From the NCBI GenBank assembly GCA_973895155.1, contig OZ316897.1, positions 12,399,375-12,463,374 on the forward strand: DNA of 64,000 nucleotides, given 5' to 3'. The notes beneath the pieces are model-generated. The model was not told the origin of the DNA. It did not search any database and saw only the letters and a program-made list of their open reading frames with translations. The stretch is from Marsupella aquatica. Taxonomy: Eukaryota > Plantae > Marchantiophyta. This document shows, in pieces, positions 1 to 9,815 of the stretch (position 1 is its first letter; every line of letters starts with the position of its first letter). The translations under genes and the position numbers were made by a program.

Positions 1-45
1 AAATCACTTGAGAGCAAGAGAGAAGGAGAGGGAGAGAGAGAGTAC

Positions 46-158
46 GAGTGATGGTGGTGGTGGTCGGTATCATCGTGGTCGTGAGCATGGTGATGATGGT
101 GGCCATGTCCATCGTTGACACCGTGCGAATGCACCTGCCCTACCGTCGAGTCCTCCAT
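46..158 (-). CDS. First coding exon of a protein with a His-rich N-terminus (urease accessory protein G-like or another metal-binding protein); gene continues beyond the window start
   Basis: Hand translation from ATG at 158 gives MEDSTVGQVHSHGVNDGHGHHHHHAHDHDDTDHHHH(S), then a GT donor (phase 2) and a CT-rich intron. Plant UreG has such an N-terminus, but no catalytic domain is visible here, so identity is uncertain. Confidence 0.7.
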
Positions 159-1124
159 AGCCCAAAAACTCACAATTCAGCTCAGGCAGTCAGTCCGTTC
201 AACCCAACAGCTCAAACAGACCTCCCCTCTGAAGCAGACATCAGAACGAGAGCATAGATAGCAATGAAGAGTTCGCTCTTTGATCAACACAGCTGCAAAT
301 CGAGAACCTGCGCAAACAGAATCCCTCCAGAATCTTCGCTCTTCTCCTCACCGCTAATAAAATTACGCTTACTAATGTCAATCCCACATTCCGGAATCCC
401 AATAACGAAAGGATCTAAACTCCGCTCAGAGAATCTGATCGTCTTCAGCGCGAGCTTCTGCAGAAATAAAAATCTTGTACCCACAACAGATTCCTCCATG
501 TGTCTCGCTCTGTAATAATAGATGAGTTGTTGGCACTTGGACCCACAAAATATTCCCCTCTCTCTCTCTCTCTCTGTCAGTGCATAAGAGGATTGGAATG
601 GATCATTAATGCTGAGTAGGTGTGATACTTCAATTCCTCAGTGGAGCTTCAACAACTTTTCAAGGACACTGTTTGACTGCCTATTCGTAAACTCATGGGG
701 CTTATTGTCACTTTCTTCCTCCCCGTTTTTCCTTTGTTTTCCTCCTCTGGGATCCTATGTCCCTTTTTGTTCTTTTGCATTGTTGTGTATATTATGAATG
801 AATATAGAAACTCATGATCGATCTCCTTGTATGATTCTTTCTGTTCTTTGGCATTCTTATATGTAAACTCATGAGCTTCCTCTATGACGTTTTTGTTATA
901 TGGCATTGGTACTAATAAACTCATGATCTCCCCTGAATGACGCTGGTTGTTCTTTGGATTTGTTAGATATAAACTAATGACCTTTTTATTATCTATTGCG
1001 CTTGTTTTGAAAAACTTTCTTTAGTTTATTTGGTCTTAAACAAATTCTCGTTAGAATATTCCATTTTGTGTTGCTTTTGTCATTTTTGGGCCACTTTTTG
1101 TGAATACATAGACACCAGAAGAGG

Positions 1125-1343
1125 CAGCAGGGCCGGGAGAGGGCAGGGAGGGTTGGGGAAAGTCTGGGACCCGGCCGGGAGGGGTTGGGAGAGTTGGGGA
1201 CTGGGCTGGGGATGGTTCAGGAATTTTTGGTCCCGGCTGGGGAATTTAAGGGAGTATTGGACAAATAGGCCATTTTTGAGCGGACAAGTTGTCATTTGAT
1301 GTGTGGGACAAGTAGACATCTTGTCCTAAAGTGAAAACCTGGG
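1125..1343. mobile_element. Truncated copy of the GC-rich hAT-like MITE family at 51575-51982
   Basis: A G-rich block followed by GGACAAATAGGCCATTTTTGAGCGGACAAGTTGTC...CTTGTCC aligns by eye with the right ~170 bp of 51575-51982. Confidence 0.55.
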
Positions 1344-1975
1344 ATGTTTCATAAGAATTTGTTTTGAGCTCTGGAATGTGTACTGGATGCTTTTGCACCT
1401 AACCAGTTCCTGAACAGTGACAGTTGATGAGCTTCTGAGCAGTGACCACCCTCTACAATGGGTAACAGGCCAGTTTTATGACGGAAATTTAAAGAGTATT
1501 ATGCATGTCAAATAATACATTTGACAAAGGTCCATCCGGGTTGCTGAAATCTACATGAGCATTTCAGCATACTTGAAGGTCCATTGGGGCTGGGATGACA
1601 CATAACATGCCACAAGCTCACCACAACATTTGTTCTCATCTTGACATATTTTATAATCTGGATGTTGGGCTCGATATCTTTTCCTCATCTTGACGTCTTT
1701 TCTCTCCTCAAAGTTGGGTTTGATATTTTTGCCTCACCTTGACATCTTTTCTAACTTTGACATATTGTTTTCACCTCAACATCTTTTCTCTCTAGTTCAA
1801 AGTCTCTGTCTCTCCTCATCATTTTTTCTCACCACAATATTGTTTTCTCATCTTCACATATTTTTTATCATCTTGACATGTTTTCTCTCCTTGACAATTT
1901 TTTTCACTTTGATATCTTACTTTGGCCTCAAAATCTTTTTCTCCTCTACATTTTTCCTTACTTTTAGTCTTTTAG

Positions 1976-2255
1976 TCACCTTGATATATTTTTATCACCT
2001 TGATGTCCTTTGTGCAAAGCAGCTACATTGGGCATGTATTTTATCTTTCCTCACCTTGATATATTTTTATCACCTTGATGTCCTTTGTGCAAAGCATAGA
2101 CATGGGGCATTATTTTTATCTTTTACTCACCTTGATATATATTTATCACCTTGATGTCCTTTGCGCAAAGACATTGGGCATGTATTTTTATCTTTTCCTC
2201 ACCTTGATATATTTTTATCACTTGATGCCCTTTGTGCAAAGCGGAGACATTGGGC
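1976..2255. repeat. Tandem repeat, ~74-bp unit, 4 copies
   Basis: Unit TCACCTTGATATATTTTTATCACCTTGATGTCCTTTGTGCAAAGC...CATTGGGCATGTATTTTATCTTTCC starts at about 1976, 2051, 2127 and 2199. Confidence 0.9.
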
Positions 2256-2631
2256 TGAGACATCTGGCTAGTCATCCATAATTTAGAAGCTTTGAGACGC
2301 CCTGTTAAGATATGGCAAACTCGAAATTCCGTAGCCAAAACGCTGGTGATCTGGACCCCAAACCTCACCGAGAAAAGTTTGAAACCCACTCTCGCAGGGT
2401 TTCATCAAGTCTTTCTATGGAGTACGAGTGCAGTGTTTATGGGTGCAGTGGGTTTAGTGGGTTTGAAGCGAATTTATCAGAGCTGCCATGCAATTCGTCA
2501 TTGCGATCCTCTGCTTTGTAAGACTATGTGTTGCTTTGGCATGAGGGTCGTCAGTGTCTGGGTGTTTCTCACAGCGGCTTCACATTGATCGATCGAAAAG
2601 CTCATTTTCATTCATCTGCTGAGGCACAGAT

Positions 2632-4460
2632 ATGGCCTCTTCGGATGCACCGCCATTGAAGAAAAGGCTTGAAGCGTCGGAGAAAAGGCTGTCGATGACT
2701 CACCTCCCCTCGGATCCCTCTTCTCCTTCTCCTGTTCGCCCGACATTCGTAACACCTCCACGAGGTGAGAATTTGTGCCTTATGTTCGATAAGTATGCCA
2801 ATGCTGTTCATTTGGAACTATAGTAATCAACCTTTTCCTTTCGCCCTCACGATTGTATCCAAACTGGTCCCCTTCAAAGCTTAAGGGTAACTTATTCTCA
2901 AACCTCAGCCTGTGCATGGAAAGAAACGATTGCGCCATTCTCGTTAGTCGCAGTGAAGCTTAGTGGGAGCGGTTTGGAGAATAGTTTAGTTGCAACAATC
3001 CTATCATGTGCGACGAAGTTGTTATAGGTACACTGAAATTGAGGAGAGTGATTGGATGAGGGTGGCTCAGTGAAGCCGATGGTTGTGGTGGACAGCAGTT
3101 CCCAGGCCGACTAAAATGAGAATTGGTACTTGCCTGGTCCTGTTGGAATGGAGGGCAGTCCACCAATTAGTTCACATATGATGAACTTGAGTTGAAGGAA
3201 ACTGAAGTTTCTGGCGTCTGTAAGGTGACGAGGCATAGTTTCCTCGGTTAAAGCAGGGACAGCGATTGAAGCATCTGCTGAAGCTTAAGTAAATGGATGT
3301 CGAATCGTTCCTGCATCGTCTGCCTGATATAGGCACGATGTATATCAAGCTTTGCAGCACATGTGGAGAAATTACGCCGAAGTTCTCATGGCAAGTTTCG
3401 GGTGGAACATGAGTGTGAATATGAACCTTATCCACTGTCAGTTCTGATTACCAATCTCCAGCAGGTCGTCGACTTCAGTTCAACGAATGATAGCTGTTCC
3501 ACAGCATCATGGTCATTTTAAGATACTTTCTTAAGGAGATGAATGACGGAGTCTAGACGCTATCGTTTTAGAGTCCATTCAGACATCTCGTCAAACTTTG
3601 ACGTGATCCTAGATTGTGTGATCAGGAACAATGAGGCCATGATGCTTCTCGTCTTCTTATAGCCGATCTTCACGGGGTAGCTCTGGCTGGTCAATGCTTA
3701 ATCACGTTGGGTTTCTGTTATTCCCAGTGCCCTGCACGGTCGCCGGTTTCATTTTGGTCTAGATGCATTGTGGTGACTTTTTGCCTCGAAGGGCATCGTC
3801 CACTCTAAGCTATTTCTAAACCTTGGCCTTTTTTGTTGTTCCAGTGGTCGATTGCAAGAACCCAACATTTATTGGAGTACAAGGTGTCATGATAAGAGGA
3901 ACATCGAAGACCTTTAGATGAATTACCTCTAAAGACAAATTTGCAGGTTTGACTGCACCTCCGGAGAGCTGAATTTTTGGCAGCTTGGTTGTCTGCCAGA
4001 GTGCGCTTCGAGAAAATAATCGTGTGAAGGATGAATGGACAGAAGACGGCTCGAAAGAAACTTAGTTTGTTGATGAAGACGGTAAAGAGTACAGTCTTTT
4101 TAGAGTCATTCCTCTTCCAATCATGTTTCTTGGAACTGGGTTGTTCAATGCTGCAGTCTCCCCAGATCTGCCGGCTACATTTTGACGCCTGGTTTAGATC
4201 ACGAAGTTTGATCAGCGTACGAGTTAGTCTTATGTGAGCTAATTTCCTAGTGTGCCTTGTAATCCTGGACTCTTGATAGTCTCTTTACATTGTTCAAGCC
4301 CCCATTGGGTTTCCGTGGACATTCTTTCATCGGTTCGTTTGTTCGTTCGTTCATTGGTTCATGTCACTTATTCAGTCGTCCTAAACTTGGAAAGCTCGGT
4401 GGCAGTTGATTGGTGCTTGAAGTCTACGTCGACTGCCTCAAACGTGGTTTGCCCACTTAA
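2632..4460 (+). pseudogene. POP4: Decayed RNase P/MRP subunit p29 (POP4/Rpp29) gene
   Basis: Exon remnants: 2632-2764 MASSDAPPLKKRLEASEKRLS...; ~3332-3401 HDVYQALQHMWRNYAEVLMA (cf. plant POP4 ...PMHEMWKGY); 3626-3689 (A)SRLLIADLHGVALA with the diagnostic ADLHG, preceded by a 1-nt frameshift; 3845-3946 VVDCKNPTFIGVQGVMIRGTSKTFR*ITSKDKF (cf. VGVSGIMIRET..TFGIIT.DNKF) with in-frame TGA at 3919-3921; possible degraded last exon ~4377-4460. Intron phases are consistent. Confidence 0.8.
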
Positions 4461-4477
4461 TTGATTGGACGGGCAAA

Positions 4478-6208
4478 ATGTTGAACGCAGCAGCATCAAT
4501 TTTTCCGCCTCTGTATAAAGCAGGTTCGTTCGGTGGACGAGTGGGCTGGCGGTCATGTCCAGTGAAAAATGTGGGCAACAGTTTCTCATCTCTCCAAGGC
4601 TATGGTGATACGGCAGGCAACTATAAGTCACTGGGAGACCAGGATCCCAGTGCACCAAAAACAAAGACGAAGACTCGAAAGGGGAGGAAAGCTGAAGCAG
4701 CCACAAAGGGCTGGAACTCGAAGTTAACCCTTAATTCCGTGTCATCTCAGGTTATGGGCCCTGGCGCGGCGACTCTTGTTCGTTATGTGCAAGAACAGAC
4801 AGAGGTTGATGAAGTTTGGGCCGCCTTGGACACCTTGCCAGTGGTCCCCTCTGCTTGGGATGATATCTGTAATGTGGTGCTGGAGCTTCGTCGTCTACAG
4901 AGATGGCAACATGTCAGACAGGTCATCGAGTGGGTGCTGGAGAGGAAGAGCTTCCGTGCAGATATTTCTTGTTACAACTACCTTATAGAGGCTTATGGCA
5001 GATGTGGCCAATACCTAGAAGCAGAAAACTTATTCAATAATTTAAAACCATCCTCTGTCGTGCCAAATGAGACCACATATTGTATGCTGATGGGCGCTTA
5101 CTCCAGAGGCGGATATCATGGAAAGTCCGAGTTGCTATATGCTGAAATGAGAGGGAGAAAATTTTCTCCCGGATTGGAAACGTACAACATGTTGATTGAC
5201 GTGCTGGGTAAAGCACGCAGACACAAGACAGCTGCACAAGTCTTTTTGGCGATGCAAAGAGCTGGTTGTGCTCCATCCGTCAGGACCTACACGACAATGA
5301 TAAGCATTTATGGAAAGGCAAGGCTTCCAGACATGGCTGAGGATGTATTTCGGAATATGGCCACAGCCAATTGCCCACCTAGCCTCTTTACTCTGACAGC
5401 ATTGATCAATGCATATGCTAAGGTAGGACACTGTGAGAAAGCTGAGCAAGTCTTTCAAGGAATAAAAGAGCTTGGCTTTGATCCGGATACCTACACCTAC
5501 AATGCATTGATGGAAGCGTACAATCAGGCAGGCCATTCGTTGAGTTCTGCTAAAGTGTTCGATGCCATGGAGGAATCTGGAATTGAGCCAGACCACGTGT
5601 CATATAACATTCTCATAGATACTCTTGGACGGTCTGCTCTTATTGAAGATGCCGAAAGAATGTTTGCAAGAATGAAGCAGCGTGGTTTCAAACCTAATGT
5701 AAAATCGTACATGGTACTTCTGAAAGGGTATGTGAACGGAGGTCAGGTGACAAAAGCTGAAAAACTTGTGGAGGGGATGCAGAGAGAAGGCGTTCAAGTC
5801 GATACATTTGTGCAGAATTCTTTGCTGCATGCATATGGGATGTCAGGAAATTTTGACAAACTCGATTCCTTGATGCTCTCCATGAAGAACAGCTCTTGCC
5901 AGCCTGATATCTCTTCATATAACATCGTGATCAATGCCTACGCCCAAGCAGGCTTTATTGATAAAGCAAAATGCATTTTTGATTCCATACTGTCTGAAGG
6001 ACTCGTACCAGACGTAACAACCTGGACTTCTCTTATGAGTGCTTATGCAAGGAAGAAGCAGTTCAAGATGTGCTTGGCAGTTTTTGAGAGAATGAAAAGG
6101 GCTGCTTGTATCCCTGATGCCATTTCTTGGAGGGTTCTTCTTTCCTCCTGTTGTACACAAAAAGAGATCGAGGCTGCCAGGCGATCAGCTGGGGGCAGTC
6201 AACTGTAG
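4478..6208 (+). CDS. P-class pentatricopeptide repeat protein (At2g35130-like), single exon, probably organelle-targeted
   Basis: Intact 576-aa ORF with about 11 tandem 35-aa PPR motifs (e.g. ISCYNYLIEAYGRCGQYLEAENLF, TYTYNALMEAYNQAG). The segment WAALDTLP...WDDICNVVLELR...VIEWVLERKSFRAD matches At2g35130 as recalled. Basic, Ser-rich N-terminus; no E/DYW domain. Confidence 0.93.
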   Translation: MLNAAASIFPPLYKAGSFGGRVGWRSCPVKNVGNSFSSLQGYGDTAGNYKSLGDQDPSAPKTKTKTRKGRKAEAATKGWNSKLTLNSVSSQVMGPGAATLVRYVQEQTEVDEVWAALDTLPVVPSAWDDICNVVLELRRLQRWQHVRQVIEWVLERKSFRADISCYNYLIEAYGRCGQYLEAENLFNNLKPSSVVPNETTYCMLMGAYSRGGYHGKSELLYAEMRGRKFSPGLETYNMLIDVLGKARRHKTAAQVFLAMQRAGCAPSVRTYTTMISIYGKARLPDMAEDVFRNMATANCPPSLFTLTALINAYAKVGHCEKAEQVFQGIKELGFDPDTYTYNALMEAYNQAGHSLSSAKVFDAMEESGIEPDHVSYNILIDTLGRSALIEDAERMFARMKQRGFKPNVKSYMVLLKGYVNGGQVTKAEKLVEGMQREGVQVDTFVQNSLLHAYGMSGNFDKLDSLMLSMKNSSCQPDISSYNIVINAYAQAGFIDKAKCIFDSILSEGLVPDVTTWTSLMSAYARKKQFKMCLAVFERMKRAACIPDAISWRVLLSSCCTQKEIEAARRSAGGSQL

Positions 6209-6376
6209 GGGTTCTTCTTGCCTGGATCAGGCAATCAGCATGAAACAATGAAGAGTAGGGTTTCCAGTTTGTATTTGGCAGTTGCATTGTCTTCATTCAT
6301 ATGGCAACTCTGTCTCTGTTCAATCTCTTTGGGTCAGCCTCCATAGACATTGAAGTAGTATTAGGATCTAATATAA

Positions 6377-8001
6377 CCAAACGCTGATTGAGAACCCTTG
6401 GAATCTTGTTAAGCGCTGCAGCTGATTTGTACATTAAGTTAAAAATGCCTAGGCGACAAGTGAGTCTCTTACATTTGCTGCACCTCTCCCGGATCTTGTA
6501 CGGATTATTAAAGTTTTCAGTAAACTTTGAATGGCACTCATGAAATGAGCTTGGGACCAGTTTGCGACGTAGCCACCTGCTTTAGTCTAACTCTAGAAGG
6601 GTGCCTCTAGGTGAGCGTTCAAACTATGGTTCTAAGTGATCATCACGTTTTGTGCTCCTCCAGCAGGTTGTCCTTCAAATGGAACTCCTGATGCAGAACT
6701 AAGGGATCAAAGCTCCTTCAAATTGACTCTAGACTATATCAAAGCTTTACCTGTGCGTTCTTTGGCCGCTGGATGAATCACACTTCTCAGCTCAGCTCTT
6801 GCAGTTTTGAACAGAATTTAGGGTTAACAACTCTTGTCTGGTCTCATCTTCTTCAATGTGTTTGAGATCACTGTTACTTCCGTTGTGCAGGGTGTGGATT
6901 TTATTCTCGTATCTTGTGGTGGGGAATAGAACAATCAAAACGGGAGAAACTAGTGGTCAAGCAGGTACCTTTCGTCATTCTTCTGAATTATATCATATTT
7001 TTTAGGACCAACCACTGTATTGGATTCTTGATGGCCATTGGTTGCTCATTTTGTTAAATTATCTCTTCAGGCGGGAGAGGCAGCACTGCGAAATTCTGGC
7101 CTGGGCTACACCATCATCAGACCAGGGCCTTCACAAGTTCTTCTGCTCCTCACAATCCTATATTCATTTTGAAGAAGTGATTCGAGCTGTGAGGAGAGTT
7201 CGGATTTGGTTAGCCGGGATCTTTGTATAACGAGAGAGATTGTCAACATTTTGCACAAACTGAGTGGACAAAAGGCTCTTACTTTTTATCTAGGCACCGC
7301 AACAGTCAGGTCCATCTTTTGATCCCAGACCCGTCACTGTTGTTTAATGCCTACTCTGGAACATATGACTGTACATCCGGTAGATGCACGTGTCCGGTAG
7401 ATGCACGTCGGTAGATCCGGTAGATGCACGTTCGACTGGTTCAATACTGGTCGGTTGTGGTTGCAATGCAGGCAATCAGCTGTGCAGATGTTGCTGATGT
7501 GTGTGGAAAATCTATTCATAATTCAACGGCACGGAACAAAAGCCTTGATATAAGCAGTATCTCAAAAGCCTTGATGTAAGCAGATGCGCAAAAAGCTGGC
7601 ACGAATCATCAGAATTTCATTTCTTCAGGCTCTACACAAACACTCGAACCTTAGAAAGTTTCAATTTTTAGTTTGGCAGATAATGCATTTTCTCACCTGT
7701 GAGGTGATTTCTGAAAGTTTCTTCAATAGCACTTGGAGGGTCTTCCTTCAGGCTGCTTGCGTTCCTTTATACCGCAGGTATGTTATGAGGATTCTGCAGA
7801 AGGACAACGGCTTTATGAGCTTGTAAGTGCTTTCCTACCATCACTGGTTTCACGTTTTGCTTCGACAGATTGTTTTTTCTTTCTTTTCAGTTTAGCTGCA
7901 CATTGTCTAATCTATGGTGTTTTATACAGGTGGCTCACCTTCAGGACAAGTCCAACTATTATTTGACGCCAGCATTAATTGCGTTGGAGAAGAACACGTA
8001 A
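6377..8001 (+). pseudogene. HCF173: Decayed 3' half of HCF173 (SDR/NAD(P)-binding fold psbA translation factor)
   Basis: Exon remnants in HCF173 order: ~6377-6459 ...PRRQ|gt; ~6664-6752 RDQSSFKLTLDYIKALP; 6891-6964 DFILVSC-(frameshift)-GIEQSKREKLVVKQ; 7071-7136 AGEAALRNSGLGYTIIRPGP; ~7257-7309 SGQKALTFYLG-(frameshift)-RNSQ; 7472-7549 AISCADVADVCGKSIHNSTARNKSLD; 7778-7822 VCYEDSAEGQRLYEL; 7930-8001 VAHLQDKSNYYLTPALIALEKNT*. These match the recalled Arabidopsis HCF173 C-terminus (...NNYLTPALSVLEKNT). The 5' half is absent. Confidence 0.88.
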
Positions 8002-9020
8002 GAGCGGAGTATAGTCAGACTAGTTGAGCCAAAACTATTTTGAATGGTACCATGGAGCGCGTAACTTAGGCTGATGTCCAATCAAATTTTAGTTATGAGG
8101 GAGAAATTGTAAATTCTCATTGCAGAAAGAAAGCCCATCCGCAGGTTCGCCAGTTGCTCTGTTCTCATATGTTTGGCTCTTCATCTTTTTGCCAATGCAA
8201 ATAAAACGGAACCCAGTACTAGCGTTCACTGCATCCTAACAATCTCGGAGGTATCTTCATCTGCACCTCAGTTTTGTTCTTCGTTTCGTTTCGGGTGGGA
8301 CATCGTCCTTAGAGTAGTCTCAAAAATGCACGGTATTCAAACTTGCCTCGTGAGCTTGAGTTTGTACTTCCAAAATATACCCCTGAGTGTTCTCTTGAAC
8401 CTCACTTAAATAATGCCTTTACCTTTTTACTTCTAAACAAAACTTCGCCTCAAATACTAAATCAGAGCCGGGGCTGAGCCCAGACCTTCAATACGACGAA
8501 GCTTCAGGCAATCGAGATCACCTAATAATTCCTTTGGAAATGACGGACTGTGCGCTGCTCTCACTGTCTAGTCGGTTAGGAAGTTGCCACGCTTCTTCTG
8601 GTCCACTTTCCGCCAGACTTTTCCCATGGCATGTATGCACACATCAGCTGAAATATGTGCTCTATCTATATAACTTGGGTTTGTGTGAAGTCACCTCACG
8701 GTACCGGCCTTCGCCAAATAGAATTGGGAGATATCTGAGCTTGGCGTCCAGTAATGCTTTGGAGTAAAAACGCAATTTAGTTGGGAATTTAAGAGAAGCA
8801 ATTGCAACAACTGAAGAGCAGGGCTTAATTGCGAATGAGACATTCTCATGATGGGATATAAATTAGAGCAGGACATCTTGCTGTGGCCAATGAGACACAT
8901 TCTTATAATGGGATAGACATTCTGAGTGCAAAAATACAGGACCCCTTTTGAATATAAAAAGCTGAAAATCTGGATTACCATGTATGATTTCCAGCTACGG
9001 TTCGTGCTCGTTTGCAACTG

Positions 9021-9815
9021 AGTAGAGAAAAAGATTAGCCGTGTCTCACGTCTGCATCTTGGAGACGATGTATTGCCAAGTAACTAAAGGTCAACGTACT
9101 CCATCGTTTGCACAAAATTCCGGAAATCTATCTCCTGACTGTAATCTAGCCGGACATGAGCGGCATACTGACTTACAAGCTGACTTAACTCACATACTCC
9201 ACAACAGTTATGAACAGTCGAGCTCGACAAGCTCTGAGAATGTGATCGCCAAGTAGTTAGTACGTTAGTATGTTAGTACGTGATTCTGTCTTTCGACCAG
9301 GGAGCAGACTGAGTTTTTGTCAAGCCAGGACTATGCTTCCACTCAGTATGGCAACTTAGTTGGGTACAGCTGCTTCAAGCCGTTGTGCAATGAATTGCTT
9401 GAATTGGGTACGTTAGCAATGAATCGCTGGCGTCGACGGTTTAAGCAATTAGAAATGGGCGAGCAGCGAAATCCTCGGTGCTACGGCCATTCGTCATCCC
9501 GACCGCCTCGCCGACTTCATTTTGAGTACTGTACTTTGATTCTTCTTCCGTCACATGTCATAGATTGTTCCGGCTTTCCACACAGTCTCTATGATTGTGT
9601 CTAAATTCGTTACTGTCATGATTGTATTGCTCGGAGCTCCAAATCCTCCAATGGCTCGATGCATGTTGTCTGTACGTTGGAGCCGGGGAGGAAGCAGGGC
9701 AGATGTTCCTCATTCAGTAGAGAAAAAGATTAGCCGTGTCTCACGTCTGCATCTTGGAGACGATGTATTGCCAAGTAACTAAAGGTCAACGTACTCCATC
9801 GTTTGCACAAAATTC
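9021..9815. repeat. Pair of perfect 100-bp direct repeats (9021-9120 and 9716-9815) flanking 595 bp
   Basis: AGTAGAGAAAAAGATTAGCCGTGTCTCACG...CCATCGTTTGCACAAAATTC appears identical in both copies by eye. Confidence 0.93.

Noticed and set aside
1690-2281. Hydrophobic 154-aa and 68-aa ORFs
   Set aside because: They arise from T-rich low-complexity DNA and the 74-bp tandem repeat, and have non-ATG starts.
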